The notes under the pieces were generated by a model. That model was given only the letters and a program-made list of their open reading frames with translations, did no database searches and was not told where the DNA came from. A stretch of 41,896 nucleotides of DNA. It comes from Chiloscyllium plagiosum (taxonomy: Eukaryota). A program made the translations under genes and the position numbers. The stretch lies in contig NC_057718.1 of the NCBI RefSeq assembly GCF_004010195.1, positions 65,167,663 to 65,209,558 on the forward strand, read 5' to 3'. Of the stretch, positions 24,580 through 36,585 are shown in pieces (the first letter of the stretch is position 1; the number at the start of each line of letters is the position of its first letter).

Positions 24580-25560
24580 AGATTGTGCTATGTAAGCTAT
24601 GCTTTTCCAAAATTCCCTAGATTCTGGAATAGCTTTCATGGTTGGAAGTTTACAAATGCAACATCACCATCGAGAAAAAAGGGAAAGTAAAACCAGGACA
24701 GTTAACCTGACATCAGTCATCAGCAAAGAGCTAGAATCTATCATTAACAAAGCCTTACTGTTGGGCTGAGAAAATCATGAGATGATCAAAGAGAACATGA
24801 TTTTATAAAAGAGAAATTGTCTTTGACAAAACTATTAATTTGATTTGATTTATTATTATCACGTGTACCTAAGTACAGTGAAAAAGTTTGTTTTGCATGC
24901 AATACAGGCAGATCATAACATACAATGACATCCAGATCATAGGACGATTGAACAGAGCAAGGCGTACAAAGTTACATCCACACAGAAGGTGTAGAAAAAG
25001 CAAGATCAATGTTTGATTTAAAATTTGAGAGGTTCATTCAGCAGTCTAAAATCAGCCATGAAGAAACTGTTCTTGAACCTGCTGGTACATGGTTTTAAGC
25101 TTCCATAGGATTTTCAAAACAGATTTGATGAAGTCCCACACAAAAGGTTAATACACAAGGTGATGAATTGTGGAATTGGGGATAATATACTGCCACAGAC
25201 TAAGGATTGGTTAACTGAAAAAAAACTAGGAGGTGGGATAAATGGAGCTTTTTTGAATTGGTAGGGGGTAATTAGTTGATTGTTACAAGGAGCAGTGCTG
25301 AAACTTCAGTTATTTACTTTCCATTTTAATGACTTAGAGCTAGAGAGTAATGTATTTAACTTCACTGATTTTACAAAGCTAATTAGGAATCTTTTGCTCT
25401 GAGGAGGACACAAAGAGGCTGCGAAAGGATCTAGACAGGTTAGCTGAGAGGACAACAAGGTGGCAGATAGGATATAGTGTGGGGTACTGTGAGATGATTC
25501 ATTTTGATCCTAAAAATATTTTTTTTAAAGGCATGTAACTTGTAAAAACTGATATTCAGC
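24580..25560 (+). mobile_element. Old CR1 RT fragment interrupted by another retroelement end
   Basis: FQNSLDSG.., DFQ.RFDEVPHKRL.., QGAVL..FNDL, FTDFTKL. Confidence 0.65.
24836..25105 (-). mobile_element. Non-LTR retroelement 3' end (Rex/Babar-like tail)
   Basis: Reverse complement ends TTTTCACTGTACTTAGGTACACGTGATAATAATAAATCAAATCAAA. Confidence 0.6.
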
Positions 25561-25788
25561 ACCCCAGGTGCTGAAACAGAGTTATGTTGCAGTTACTTTA
25601 TGAAGAAGATTTAAGAGTGTATCTTTACATTAAATAGCATTAAGCATATTAAATTTTCCCATGAAAAACTAAACTAAAGATGTAGTTAAAGTTGTAATAC
25701 TGTGTATTCCTAAATTCCTATGTTAATAAACACGTTAGACTAATATACATGTGAAAACACAAAGAAACATGTTATCTTTCCTACTTAC

Positions 25789-26237
25789 CTCTTGCCTTCC
25801 ACCTCTCTTGCTTACTGATCCCCATGCTTGCAGATCTTCCTTTCAGCTCAATGACATTCCTGTTCCCTGTGTGTCCAGCTCCATGACCCTCCTGTTCCCT
25901 ATGTGTCCAGCTTGATGACCGTCCTGTTCCCTCTACATCCAGCTCAATGACCCTCCTGTTCCCTGTACATCCAGCTCCATGACCTTCCTGTTCCCTGTGT
26001 GTCCAGCTTGATGACCCTCCTGTTCCCTGTACGTCCAGCTCAATGACCCTCCTGTTCCCTGTACATCCAGCTCCATGACCCTCCTGTTCCCTGTGTGTCC
26101 AGCTTGATGACCCTCCTGTTCCCTGTACGTCCAGCTCAATGACCCTCCTGTTCCCTGTACGTCCAGTTTGATGACCCTCCCGTTCCCATCCCTCCAAGTT
26201 GATGACCCTCCCACTCCCCACCACTCCCTCTCCATCG
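25789..26237 (-). CDS. Candidate 449-bp exon (phase 2-1) containing the minisatellite
   Basis: Long pyrimidine tract + CACAG| acceptor, GAG|GTAAGT donor, 149 open codons (ORF 25781-26224). Confidence 0.3.
25843..26211. repeat. Minisatellite, 32-bp unit, ~11.5 copies, with 96-bp higher-order period
   Basis: CCAGCT(CA/CC/TG)ATGACCCTCCTGTTCCCTGTRYRT; the three variants cycle three times. Confidence 0.95.
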
Positions 26238-27788
26238 CTGTGAGCAAAGGCTTAGAAAGAGGGATGAGAGAGAGAGGAAGAGAGCAAAGGGAACTGACAA
26301 TTGCAGGTTTGGGAGGGGAACCATTGAGAAAGTTTTGGGAGTAGGAGAGAAGTAGCGAAGGGGAAGACAGTGAATAAGTGGTTTGCTGAGCAGGAGGGTC
26401 CATTTTCTCTGCACCTCTTGATTATTCTGCACAATAGGGAAGGCTAATTCAGCTCAAGCAGCTAGTTAAATTTATGAGCAATTAAAATATTACCTACAAT
26501 TGATTGTCAAATATTTTCTGTAAATTTCCATTTGTGACTGCCTCAATGTCTAATCTGAAGTGAGGACATTTATACTGCAGGTGAGGTGGAAAACCATCAG
26601 CATATCACAAATTTTGTTCCCTGTTCACACAGCAACTTGACGTGATATCACATGAAAAATCAATTTATTGTGTTACAGGAGCTCTGTCTAAATACCCCTA
26701 AAGAAACAAACCATCCACCAATCTATTGCCAAATCAATATTGGTTCCAGTCCTCTTTCTCACCCCAATGTTTTAGGATTTTTTTTACTTAATAACATAAT
26801 GTGCACTTTTAACTTGTTTATTCTATCTATATATTCTAGTTTATTGTATTATCATTAAATAAAATAAGAAAACATCAGCGCAGCTAGGCATTTTCAGTTA
26901 ATGTGAACTTTATTAACCAATTTAAAGCCTCATACCTTCTGTGTGCAACTCTTGGGTGCCTTTTGACTAGTCCTATTTTTGATCCAAAATAAAGTAATAT
27001 TGTTTTGTCCAATTCAAAGGTGAAAGTAAGCATTCTAGAAGAACATTACAATTGTTGTTAAAGGCCTATGAGCTCTTTGAAACCCTTGTATTTCATTCAA
27101 TCAGCAAAAAAAGTATTCTTGCCAAGTCTCACTGGGATACATATTCATGAGGTTTCATATTTGAAAATTAGCATGAGATAACGATCTCACCAAAATCAAA
27201 TAAATCAAACACAAGCACTCCCATTCCCCTTCACTATTACTTGACTGAGAGCAGCTGAAAGCATTTTCTATCAGAACAGAATGCCCCAGACATTAAATGT
27301 TAGCAGTGGGGATGAAAAAGATTTAGCTAAAAATGCTTTCTCATCAATATTTGGACCTGACGTATTGTTCCTGGCTGGACAATTACTGGAGTACAAACCT
27401 AACCTGCAGAAGCTGTGCCATAACTTCAGAATTTAGTTCCAAGATGTCTGGTTTACTAAAGGTCATGCTTGGCAACCCTGGAAACAATGCAAAGGCTGTT
27501 GGGTGCAGAGGTTGGTTGGGTAAAGGTCAGCCTGGATGCACCAGGACTTCAAAAATATTTTTGAAAAAGCAAAACATAAAACCCTCTTCCAGCTCTCATT
27601 CCTCACACACTCTCATTTTAGACTTCCTCATGCTATGCCCATACTGACTATTACAACCTCATGTCCTCCAATTATATCCTTTGTGATGGCATATGTACTT
27701 AATTCCACTTCCCTGATCCCTTCATTAGCTCTATGCCAATTTATACTTCTGTACCAAGCTCTCATGGATCCTCAGATATTTCAAGTCA

Positions 27789-27907
27789 GCTTTTGCCCGA
27801 AACGTCAAATTTCCTGCTCCTCGGATGCTGCCTGACCTGCTGTGCTTTTCCAGCACCACTCTGATCTAAACTTTGATCTCCAGCATCTGCAGTCCTCACT
27901 TTTGCCT
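27789..27907 (+). mobile_element. Short Penelope pLTR insertion
   Basis: GCTTTTGCCCGAAACGTC...CATCTGCAGTCCTCACTTTTGCC. Confidence 0.8.
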
Positions 27908-27991
27908 TGTTCCTACCAGGTCTAATCTGCATGATCCCTCCTACTGGCTAATGAACATCACAATTGACAGAGGTAACTGTTGTTTTATATA

Positions 27992-29640
27992 CAGAGGAAC
28001 CTCGATTATTCGAATGTCGATGATCTGAATTTCAGATTATGTGAAGAAGATTTGAAGTCCCACAAAAACATTACATCAAAGAGGTAAGTGTATTTGATTT
28101 ACCTGTACTGAAGAAGAGGTGAAAACACTGGCAAAAACAGTAAAACACAAGCAGTTCACCTGCCCGACATGGGGGGGGCCCCCTGCCACTTACGCACAGA
28201 TGGCCGGAGGTGACAACGTGAGCCATGGACCCTCAAAGACCAGCAAGGTCCACCCAGACAGCAGGGAAACAGAGTCTGGTGACACAAAGAAAGAAGAACA
28301 GGCTGGAGTGGAGGAGGCGGCAGCCAGCGGAGAGACACAGCAGCCGATCCTAGCTCCAGCTGGACAGACGGAAGCAATGAAGGAGGAGATAATCAAGGAG
28401 GCAGAGGAGTGGATACCTGTTAAAAACAGGAAAAGAAAATCCTGCCAGGTCCCCAAAGCCTCCCAGCAAAGGGGGAAATGGCAGCTGCAGGAGGAGGGTA
28501 TGGGCAGCTCTTCAGATGGTGAAGATGGGTGCAAGGAGGGTCATCACCAGAAGAAGAGACAAAGCACCATAAGGGAAGAGGAGGACATTTCCCCCAAACA
28601 GGAAACAACGGACCCCCTGAAGTCCACCCTCCACCCAGTGAGAACAAAGGGGCACCCACTGCCCCACATCTACAGCTACAGGTAACTGAGAGCCGTGATC
28701 CCCTTACAGTCCCACAGTCAGACGCAGAACTGGATGGTGCAGACCCTTGCTCAATGACACCAAAGCAGGTAAATGACCCCAGTGAGGAGCCGGACAGCTA
28801 CCTCAGCCCCACGAGGGTCCAACAGTTTGCCTTCACCATGAGGATGCAGACAGCCGCCCCAGAGACAGGACCATCGACAAATGGACAATGCTAACCCCAT
28901 AAACTGGGGGTTAAAGAAGGTCCTTTTGCTGTAGAATAACAGGGGGCCCACTCAGTAGTTGGGTTCCACTGATGCCTCAGCTAAATACCAAGAGGCTGGA
29001 TGTTAATATACAGAACTGTAAATACGATAACTGTAAATGCGATTAACTCAATTTGTTCTCTGTATGTATATATATATATATATATGAACAGCATGACCAA
29101 TTGTACAAGTACCAGAGATTTATTTCTATGAATAAAGTATATTTTGAAATTAAAAAAAAAAAATCAGTGACTGGATTTTTTTGATAAGGGTTGGTACGCA
29201 GCCCTTTGCATAAGTAAGTGTTTTACAGTATTCCCGGCACTTTATTGGGCCGTTCATTTTTAAAAAAAGGCCAAGAACATAAACGCATGGGTGAGGTGGT
29301 GCTTTTGTCTTTCTATCGTGAGACTGTGTTCCGGAAACTGACAAATGCTCTTGTGATCATAGAAGTTGTTTGGGACCTTGTTTAATGCTGGGATTTGACA
29401 TACAATATTTATATGATGGTAAGTCCTTCTTATTTTAACTTGTAATTTGCAGACTGTAAGGATTAATATGTTTAAATGGCAGACTCATGAAAATTTAATA
29501 CTTAAACAAATTCTCTGGTAGAGCACAGCATTAGATCAGTATGGCTTCCCCTGTTTAAGGTAAAATCAATTATCCGAATAATCGATTATCCAAACGAAAT
29601 AGTACCCTCCCAACTTGTTCGGATAATCGAGGTTCCTCTG
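27992..29640. mobile_element. Tigger/pogo-like (Tc1/mariner superfamily) non-autonomous DNA transposon
   Basis: TIRs CAGAGGAACCTCGATTATTCGAA and TTCGGATAATCGAGGTTCCTCTG, flanked by TA on both sides. Confidence 0.88.
28125..29163 (+). mobile_element. Tx1/L1-like retroelement: ORF1 3' half + 3'UTR + poly-A, no ORF2
   Basis: CP..GG..TYAQMAGG, EEW.PVKNRKRK and SYLSPTRVQQFA motifs; ATGAATAAAGTATATTTTGAAATT + A-tail. Confidence 0.7.
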
Positions 29641-30422
29641 TAGGTAGTTGCCTCAGTGACCAACAAAAGACCAATTTGGAATCGGTCCCCAAAGCTCTTG
29701 TAAAAACGCTCAGGACCCCAGTTCATGGGCAGCAATTCTGAATTCAGCCTCTAGCATCAGAAAAGAAGTTTCACAAAATTAGACAAGCTGTCTGACATTG
29801 TGAAAACCCAGGCTTTGATTCCAATAGGAACTGCATTCAAAATTGCTGCTGTTAGTTCCACCGAATTAAAAAGACCCAAATAGCATTTTAGATGGGCCCA
29901 TTACAATTTGGGGCAGCTGGTTTTTTTTGGAGGATCACGAGGAACAAGTTGGTCATTCTGGGTAATACAATGAAGGTGATTCAGTCTGTTTTCCATGCTC
30001 AAATTCTTCTATACATACAAATCAGCAATTGGGCCAGCAGTGTTCATCCCTCTCCAACCAATGGATATTGGAGGTGTGGCAGTAGGGAGAGACAGCAGGA
30101 TATGGTGGAAGAAAATCAGAGGTGGGGTGGGGGGTGGTGGCAGTGGTGGTAGTTTGCTGACTGCAGAGAGTCTGGGAATTGCTTGGACCCAACCTGAGGA
30201 ACTGAGAGACCAGGAATGGAGCTGAAGCGGGAGACTGGCAGCCATCGTCTGGGACAGGAGTATTCAAGCTGAGAGCAAGAATGGGGTCTGGAGAAGAGTG
30301 CAGACACCTGGGAGACGAGGGGAGGAAGAAACTTGGAGATAAGCTGGGCTTTGTATTTTTGTATTTTACAGTTTCAGCTCGAACTCTCACTGCTGCCAGC
30401 AACAAAGATGGTATCAAGCAAG

Positions 30423-30590
30423 GTGGGGCATGGGGGAGATGGGGATAGGGAAAGAGAGAGGGTGGGAGATGGGAATAGGGAAAGGGGGTGAGAGATGAGG
30501 ATAGGGAGAAAGATGGATGAGGAGATGGAGATAGGGAGGGGGAGAGGAGGAGAGTTAGAGATAGAGGGAGGGAGTGAGAGGGAAAGAGGC
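30423..30590. repeat. GA-rich low-complexity tract
   Basis: Near-pure purine run of GGGAGA/GAGAT. Confidence 0.8.
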
Positions 30591-30599
30591 ACCTGTGTA

Positions 30600-31990
30600 A
30601 TTTTCCTGCATAAAGTTGCTCCCAGTCTACTTTGGCCAGATTCTGTCCTGTTTAAATGGGCCTCCCCCAATTCAGAACCTTCACTTCCAGTTCATCTTTA
30701 CCCTTATCCATATTACCTTAAATCTGACTGAAATGTGATCACTCTCACAAGATGCACCCTCAATCATATGTCACGTTTCCTAAAATTAAGTCACACCCCA
30801 TTTCTTCTCTTCTAGGACTTTCTATTGTTATGAAGTTGTAGATGTGTACCGTACCTTTAAGAGAGAGTGAAAGCTAGCTAGGACTGACTGAAAGCACTGA
30901 GTGTGCTGAACAATTTAAAAATGTAACATCTGGTTGTGAAACAAATAGCTGGAGCTGTGTTGCCATGGTACACAACAAATTTGAATTTGGCCAATCAGTT
31001 TAAATTATTCCCACAAAATATCAAAAATCAATCAAATTTGCAATTTAATGTTTTGATGACATCAAACCAATGAGATGGTCCGATGTTTTGGGGTATATAA
31101 AATCAGGTATTTTGAACAGTTGGGGAGAACGGCAAAGAGCAGTCAAGCACCAAGAAACTGCTCGCAGATTACCTCTCTGAAAGGTATCTGACCATAAGAA
31201 ATTTATGCAGAAAACTGAAGAAAAGACAACCCAGGAAAATCTACAGAGGAAAATCTACACAGCTGGCTGGTTTTGAAACGTGACTTTTTTTGTGTAAATC
31301 TTAATTAGGGTTTTTATCAGACCAGTATTGTAGAGTGGGAGGTAAAAGATAAGTTTAAGAGAAAGGAGTTATAAATAGTTGTTGTCTAATGTTCTCTTTT
31401 GGATTTAAAGAATAAAATTGTTACTTTTTTCTTTAAATAGTGATGTTTGGGATAGTCCTTTGCCACTCGAACTTTAACAGATTACAATGCAAGGTGAGCT
31501 TTTCTAGCAGAAGGGTTTACCCTATATGCTGGTTTAAAAAGCTCTTCTGAATACATTTTGAGAATTCTATCCTCTCTAAGCCTTTGACAGTTTGTCTATC
31601 CATTAATATTGAGAAAGTTGAACTCCCCTACTATTATTACCCTATTATTCTTATACTTCTGAAATTTGGCTAACCATCTGTCTTGCTACCTCTCCTCAAC
31701 TGCTTGGGGAATCGATAGTACACCATCAGTATCGCCAGCAAAGTAATTGCTCCTTTTTTGTTTTTAAATTATCCATATGGCCTCAGTTGAGGAGCTTTCT
31801 AAGATATTATCCATTTTTACTGCTGTAACTGACTCCTTCATCAATATTTTACAACTCATCTCGACAAAAGATTCTTCACCTTGGAAAATTGAGCTGCCAG
31901 TATTACCCCTCCCTCAACCATATATTTGTGATAGAAATGACATCACGTTGCCATGCATTAATTAACACCCTCAACTCATCTGCCTTACAG
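30600..31990 (-). mobile_element. Old CR1 endonuclease-domain fragment split by an LTR
   Basis: VIIVGEFNF..EFSKCIQKSFLNQHI|ESPRRE..DLILGN across the LTR. Confidence 0.6.
30826..31520 (+). mobile_element. Solo LTR
   Basis: Starts TGTTA, CCAAT boxes, TATATAA at ~31094, AATAAA at ~31411, flanked by CTAT/CTAT; terminal CA not seen. Confidence 0.7.
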
Positions 31991-32499
31991 GAGCCCTTGC
32001 ATAAGAATAAATGCAATCCTGCCTTGGGCCTTGCCATGACTTGACTGTATCTGCACTGTTCTCTTGACTGATTTGGTTATTTTTCCATGCTTGATTATTG
32101 ATGCTTATATGAGATTGTTCTATAATTTCATTGCTGGGCAAATTCAGTTACAACTTCCTTAATTCTTCTCTTTACCAACAAGCTTCATCCACCACTTCCT
32201 CACCCATGGGCTAAGATCAGAGGATTGGATAAAACAGGTAGAGATGAAGGAAATCTGCACCTCCAAAAATCAAGACCACCACAACAACATTTCCTCAATT
32301 TAGTGAAACAGCTGGTTATTTGTATTATTTATGTAATTTCTAATTTAACTGTATTTGTGCATTTAATTGTGCTGTCCTAATAAAGCTTTGAAACTTACAA
32401 TAACAATCAGTGTTTCTTACCTGGTCTCTAATACACTTCCATGGTTTACTTCAAAACACATTATTCTCCTCAGTTCTGATGAACGATCATTGTACTAAC

Positions 32500-33360
32500 A
32501 TTTATTGGAAATTTGCTAAATGTCAATTTTGACAAGTTACATGAAGAGTTTCTTGCCATTAAGTCTGGGGAGATTTCTCTCATTATCTTCCCAAACTCAT
32601 CTCATCGCTATACATCACTCCACTACCACGTCCTCATTGTATTCTCCCACTCATTATAGGTGGAAGTACTTGCCACTACTGGGATTCTTGGTGGGCACCA
32701 AATTTCAAATGTAGCACCAAATCATACTCCAGAAATCTGAAGCTGCCTGCATGTGCCCTATCACTCCAGAGGTGGCTGGGCCTTCCATCTTCACCCTGTG
32801 AGCCACCCTCAACCCTGCAGGAGTTAAATCTGAAGACGGTGCACCTGCATTCAGCATGTCTGGGTCCACTAGCCATAAACATCCCCTAGGTAACTGAACC
32901 ATAACACTAAAGTCAATAGGCCCTAATATAAGCTGGCCTCCCTCCTTACAGGATTGCTTTGAAATATAACAGGAGAGAATAAAAGAAGAAGGCCTTTCTA
33001 AGGGCAAATAGGTGGCACGGGTGAAGTTTCATTGCAAGTATGCTCGACATTTGTAAATAAACAGCTTGTACACATTACTAACCGTTCAATTGTGGCAGAC
33101 ACATCACACAAATACATTGCATCATAAACACTGACTCACTTCCCTCTCTTTTGCAGACAAAGCTGATCAATAATTGTACATATCCCACAATGGAAATAGA
33201 TTTGAGAACAATTGAAAGAGCTGTCACTGAGGCCGTAATCAGAAACAGAGCTGAATCTGCTGAAGCTGTTGATATGTTCCTGCCTATTTACATTCTCAAT
33301 TCCAACTCTGCCCTAAACCCACAATCTGTTCTGAATTACAAGGTGCAGATGGAGTAATGG
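32500..33360 (+). mobile_element. Degenerate Harbinger-like DNA transposon relic
   Basis: Left part is similar to 8390-8630; boundaries uncertain. Confidence 0.35.
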
Positions 33361-33491
33361 CATAACTCTGGCTTTCTGCAGTTTCCCTCAACCCAATCCT
33401 GCTCTTCCCTTTAGATCTCCAAGAACTGCTGCCTGATCAGACAGTGGAATGGGAGACTGGAGGCTTAGAGGGAAAACAGATGGAACAGGAG

Positions 33492-33655
33492 AAAACACAT
33501 TGTCAGGTATCTGCAGCCTTCCACTCAGAAACACATTATCAGGTATCTGCAGCCTTCCACTCAGAAACACATTTTCAGGTATCTGCAGTCCACTCAGAAA
33601 CACATTTTCAGGTATCTGCAGCCTTCCACTCAGAAACACATTTTCAGGTATCTGC
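33492..33655. repeat. Tandem repeat, 36-bp unit, ~4.6 copies
   Basis: AAACACATTTTCAGGTATCTGCAGCCTTCCACTCAG; one 33-bp variant. Confidence 0.95.
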
Positions 33656-33659
33656 TGCC

Positions 33660-34023
33660 AGTCGATTGGGACAACACATCCATCCTACGACAAGCCAAAC
33701 ACAGACACGCACGAGAATGCCTAGAAGCATGGCATTCCAACCGTAACTCTATCAACAAACACATTAACTTGGATCCCATTTACCACCCCCTGAGAAAAAG
33801 AACAGGAAATGACATTACCACGGGAAATGACATCACGCAGGAAATGGCATCACAAACCCAAGGAAACCTAAACACATAAATAGAAAGCAGGCCATGCCAC
33901 TAGCTCTCCATCCGGAGGCTCACTGATGATGTTACCTAGTACGGTGATGAAACATCTGAAAACAAACCTTCCAGCTCAGTGAGCAAACCTACATCCAGAT
34001 CCTCAATCTTCTCAAAACTCGCT
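33660..34023 (+). mobile_element. 3' end of a third Penelope-like family (GIY-YIG C-terminus + hammerhead)
   Basis: DWDNTSILRQAKHRHARECLEAWHS..SINKHINLDPIY.PL; TCA-CTGATGA-TGTTACC..GGTGAT-GAAAC-ATC-TGA. Confidence 0.8.
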
Positions 34024-34481
34024 GACACCCAATGTGTCAGTGCTGCAGAGGAAGCTTAAACTCGATTAATGCAATCTCTGCTTGATGTCACACAAGTTTA
34101 AACTTCTGTCCTCATGTCTGGGACAGTGTTCAAAGAAACTAGAACGGAAATGACATTACCACGGGAAATGACATCACGCAGGAAATGGCATCACAAACCC
34201 AAGGAAATCTAAACACATAAATAGAAAGCAGGCCATGCCACTAGCTCTCCATCCGGAGGCTCACTGATGATGTTACCTAGTACGGTGATGAAACATCTGA
34301 AAACAAACCTTCCAGCTCAGTGAGCAAACCTACATCCAGATCCTCAATCTTCTCAAAACTCGCTGACACCCAATGTGTCAGTGCTGCAGAGGAAGCTTAA
34401 ACTCGATTAATGCAATCTCTGCTTGATGTCACACAAGTTTAAACTTCTGTCCTCATGTTTGGGACAATGTTCAAAGAAACT
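33799..34481 (+). repeat. Direct tandem duplication (33799-34140, 34141-34481)
   Basis: Two 341-342 bp units differing at about four positions. Confidence 0.95.
33920..33959 (+). ncRNA. Minimal type I hammerhead ribozyme motif (copy 1; identical copy at 34261-34300)
   Basis: Stem I TCA/TGA, CTGATGA core, stem II GTTACC/GGTGAT, GAAA, ATC triplet. Confidence 0.6.
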
Positions 34482-36585
34482 TAGAGTCTTAAAACAGTTA
34501 AGCAATCTGTCCTCTAATTGCTAACATTGATGAGGCATCACTCCAGGAGAGTGACAGTGGTTCCCTGGTACGTGAACTTAGTGCATGAACATCCACTCCA
34601 CTGCTGCTACTCCAATGAGGCCCTTACTATTGCCTGTCAGCCAGCCAGCCTATAGGGCTATTGAATAGTTGCTTTGTAAACTCGAAGACAGTGATGGCCA
34701 GAAAGCTGGTAAGTTATGGACCTGTTGAACAGTACCAGTCTGGGGTTTCACTGAGTACGGCTGAAGTCTAGTTATGCACTCTCATTGAAAACACAAATAT
34801 GCCAGCTGCCTCCTTCGCTCTTTCTCCTGCTTAGATGCTGACTGTACCCATGATTATAGTCTGTGTTCTTGTGGTGGCCTGGTTGTGGAGTAGGGAAAAG
34901 ACTGTTTTAGCCTACGTAGAATAGACTCTATGACTGGGGGTTGTTTCCATCGGACCTTACACCTTCCAGGCTTCGCGGAGACTTTAGCAACTGTTCTTCA
35001 CTCTTTCAAATACTCAGTACTTCTCTAAACCCAAAGAGAATCAGTAGAAAATGTCACAAAGAAAGTTAGTTCCTATATTGAGATTTCTAAAGAGATCAGA
35101 TGCGGAAACAATAAATAGTGAATCAGGAAGCCTCAGATGTCTCAACGGAAGATCATCCCTGTTCGATCTGGTCTTGAAGGAATCTCCACAAAAATGAAAA
35201 ATGTATATACTTTCCTTGACCTTATCAGTTGGCAGTGGCATCTTTCACTGTTTCACTGACCTTATGGGTCTCCCCAATGTGATGAAGTTGCATCACAGCA
35301 TCAAATCATGACCTCCATAGTTTGGTTTAGACTCCAATTCCTATGACCAGTGACCTCCAACTCTGTTAGAATCCTAGATAAGGTGTCAGAATCACCATGG
35401 CATTAGAGTAACCACCACTGTGTTGTCACTTTAACTCCGCATTCATAACTTTCCCAACCAAGCAAGTTGAGTTAGAATCAGGGCAGCCTTCTACAATTTG
35501 GTACAGGACAGCAATACAGTGAATATCTCAAACACTTTCATAATGAATGAGAAAGAAGTATAATTGTGTTATTATTAATATTCATCTAACAGAAATAATC
35601 TTAGCTCTGGCAACCCTTCCTCTTGTGACTTTGTAAATGTATTTCCCATCCTTAGTACTTGTTGCTTACTTCTTAAACTCAGTCTCATCACCCTCCCTTC
35701 AAAAAAGACAATTTGTTGTGCTGAAAACATAATTATTTGACTTTTAAAATCCAAAATATTTTCTAGCAGTGTCACATGGTTTACTATTTACCAACAGATT
35801 GGTTGAAAGCACACAGATTCTGGCATATGCATTCTATACTACCGGCCAGTCATTCTCTTCAGTTATACTTTTGGTGCACTACTCTCAGAAGGGAAGAACA
35901 AGATGCAAACAGCCGAAATAAAATTACAATATTCTAATTACAGATGAATTGCCATTGAAGTAAAATCACAAAATTTACTTCATCTGACTAAATGTGAGTT
36001 GAAATGTTTTAAATCAGGTTGGAGAAGATTCGATAAGAAATCTGATGCAGCACAAGTTATTTTATGAATCACTTCACTTCAGCGCTCAGCCATCTAACCA
36101 CACGATCAAAAGGAGCAGTATGTGGTGGTACTTGAAATACTCTGGTCTTCCTCTACTTTGATCGAAAGGAGATTTATGGAGTAATTCTGGCAGAGGCAGT
36201 TATAAAATTATTCATAGTTTACAAATTGTTCATAACAAAATTTTACTTGTTAATGGAGCAGAAACAGTTTCAGTGTTTGTCAATATAATACTCAAACCAG
36301 AAAACTGAGAATGTTAGAGTAGAATGAATAACATACTGAATTATTTTATAAGTTAATGGCATTTTGACATTTTCACCAACTTGCAGAAGTTATCGAAGTT
36401 TTAGTGATGTGCAGATGAAAACAGTAACTAATATAGATGAATGGCCAGTTCTACAATTTTATCAATTTTTATCATTGCCTCATGTAAACAAATTATGCCT
36501 TGATAAACTGGACAACCACCTATCTAATTTTAATTTTATATGAAAATAAATTCTGAAGAAATATTTCTGGTGGTTTAATTAAGAG

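Noticed and set aside
25843..26211. CRISPR-like 32-bp repeats
   Set aside because: Head-to-tail minisatellite without spacers
30009..30731. ORFs over the GA-rich region
   Set aside because: Low-complexity artefacts
33492..33655. CRISPR-like 36-bp repeats
   Set aside because: Units are contiguous with no unique spacers; eukaryotic context with no cas genes
35041..35775. Minus-strand ORFs and possible small exons
   Set aside because: Only modest splice signals and no recognisable homology
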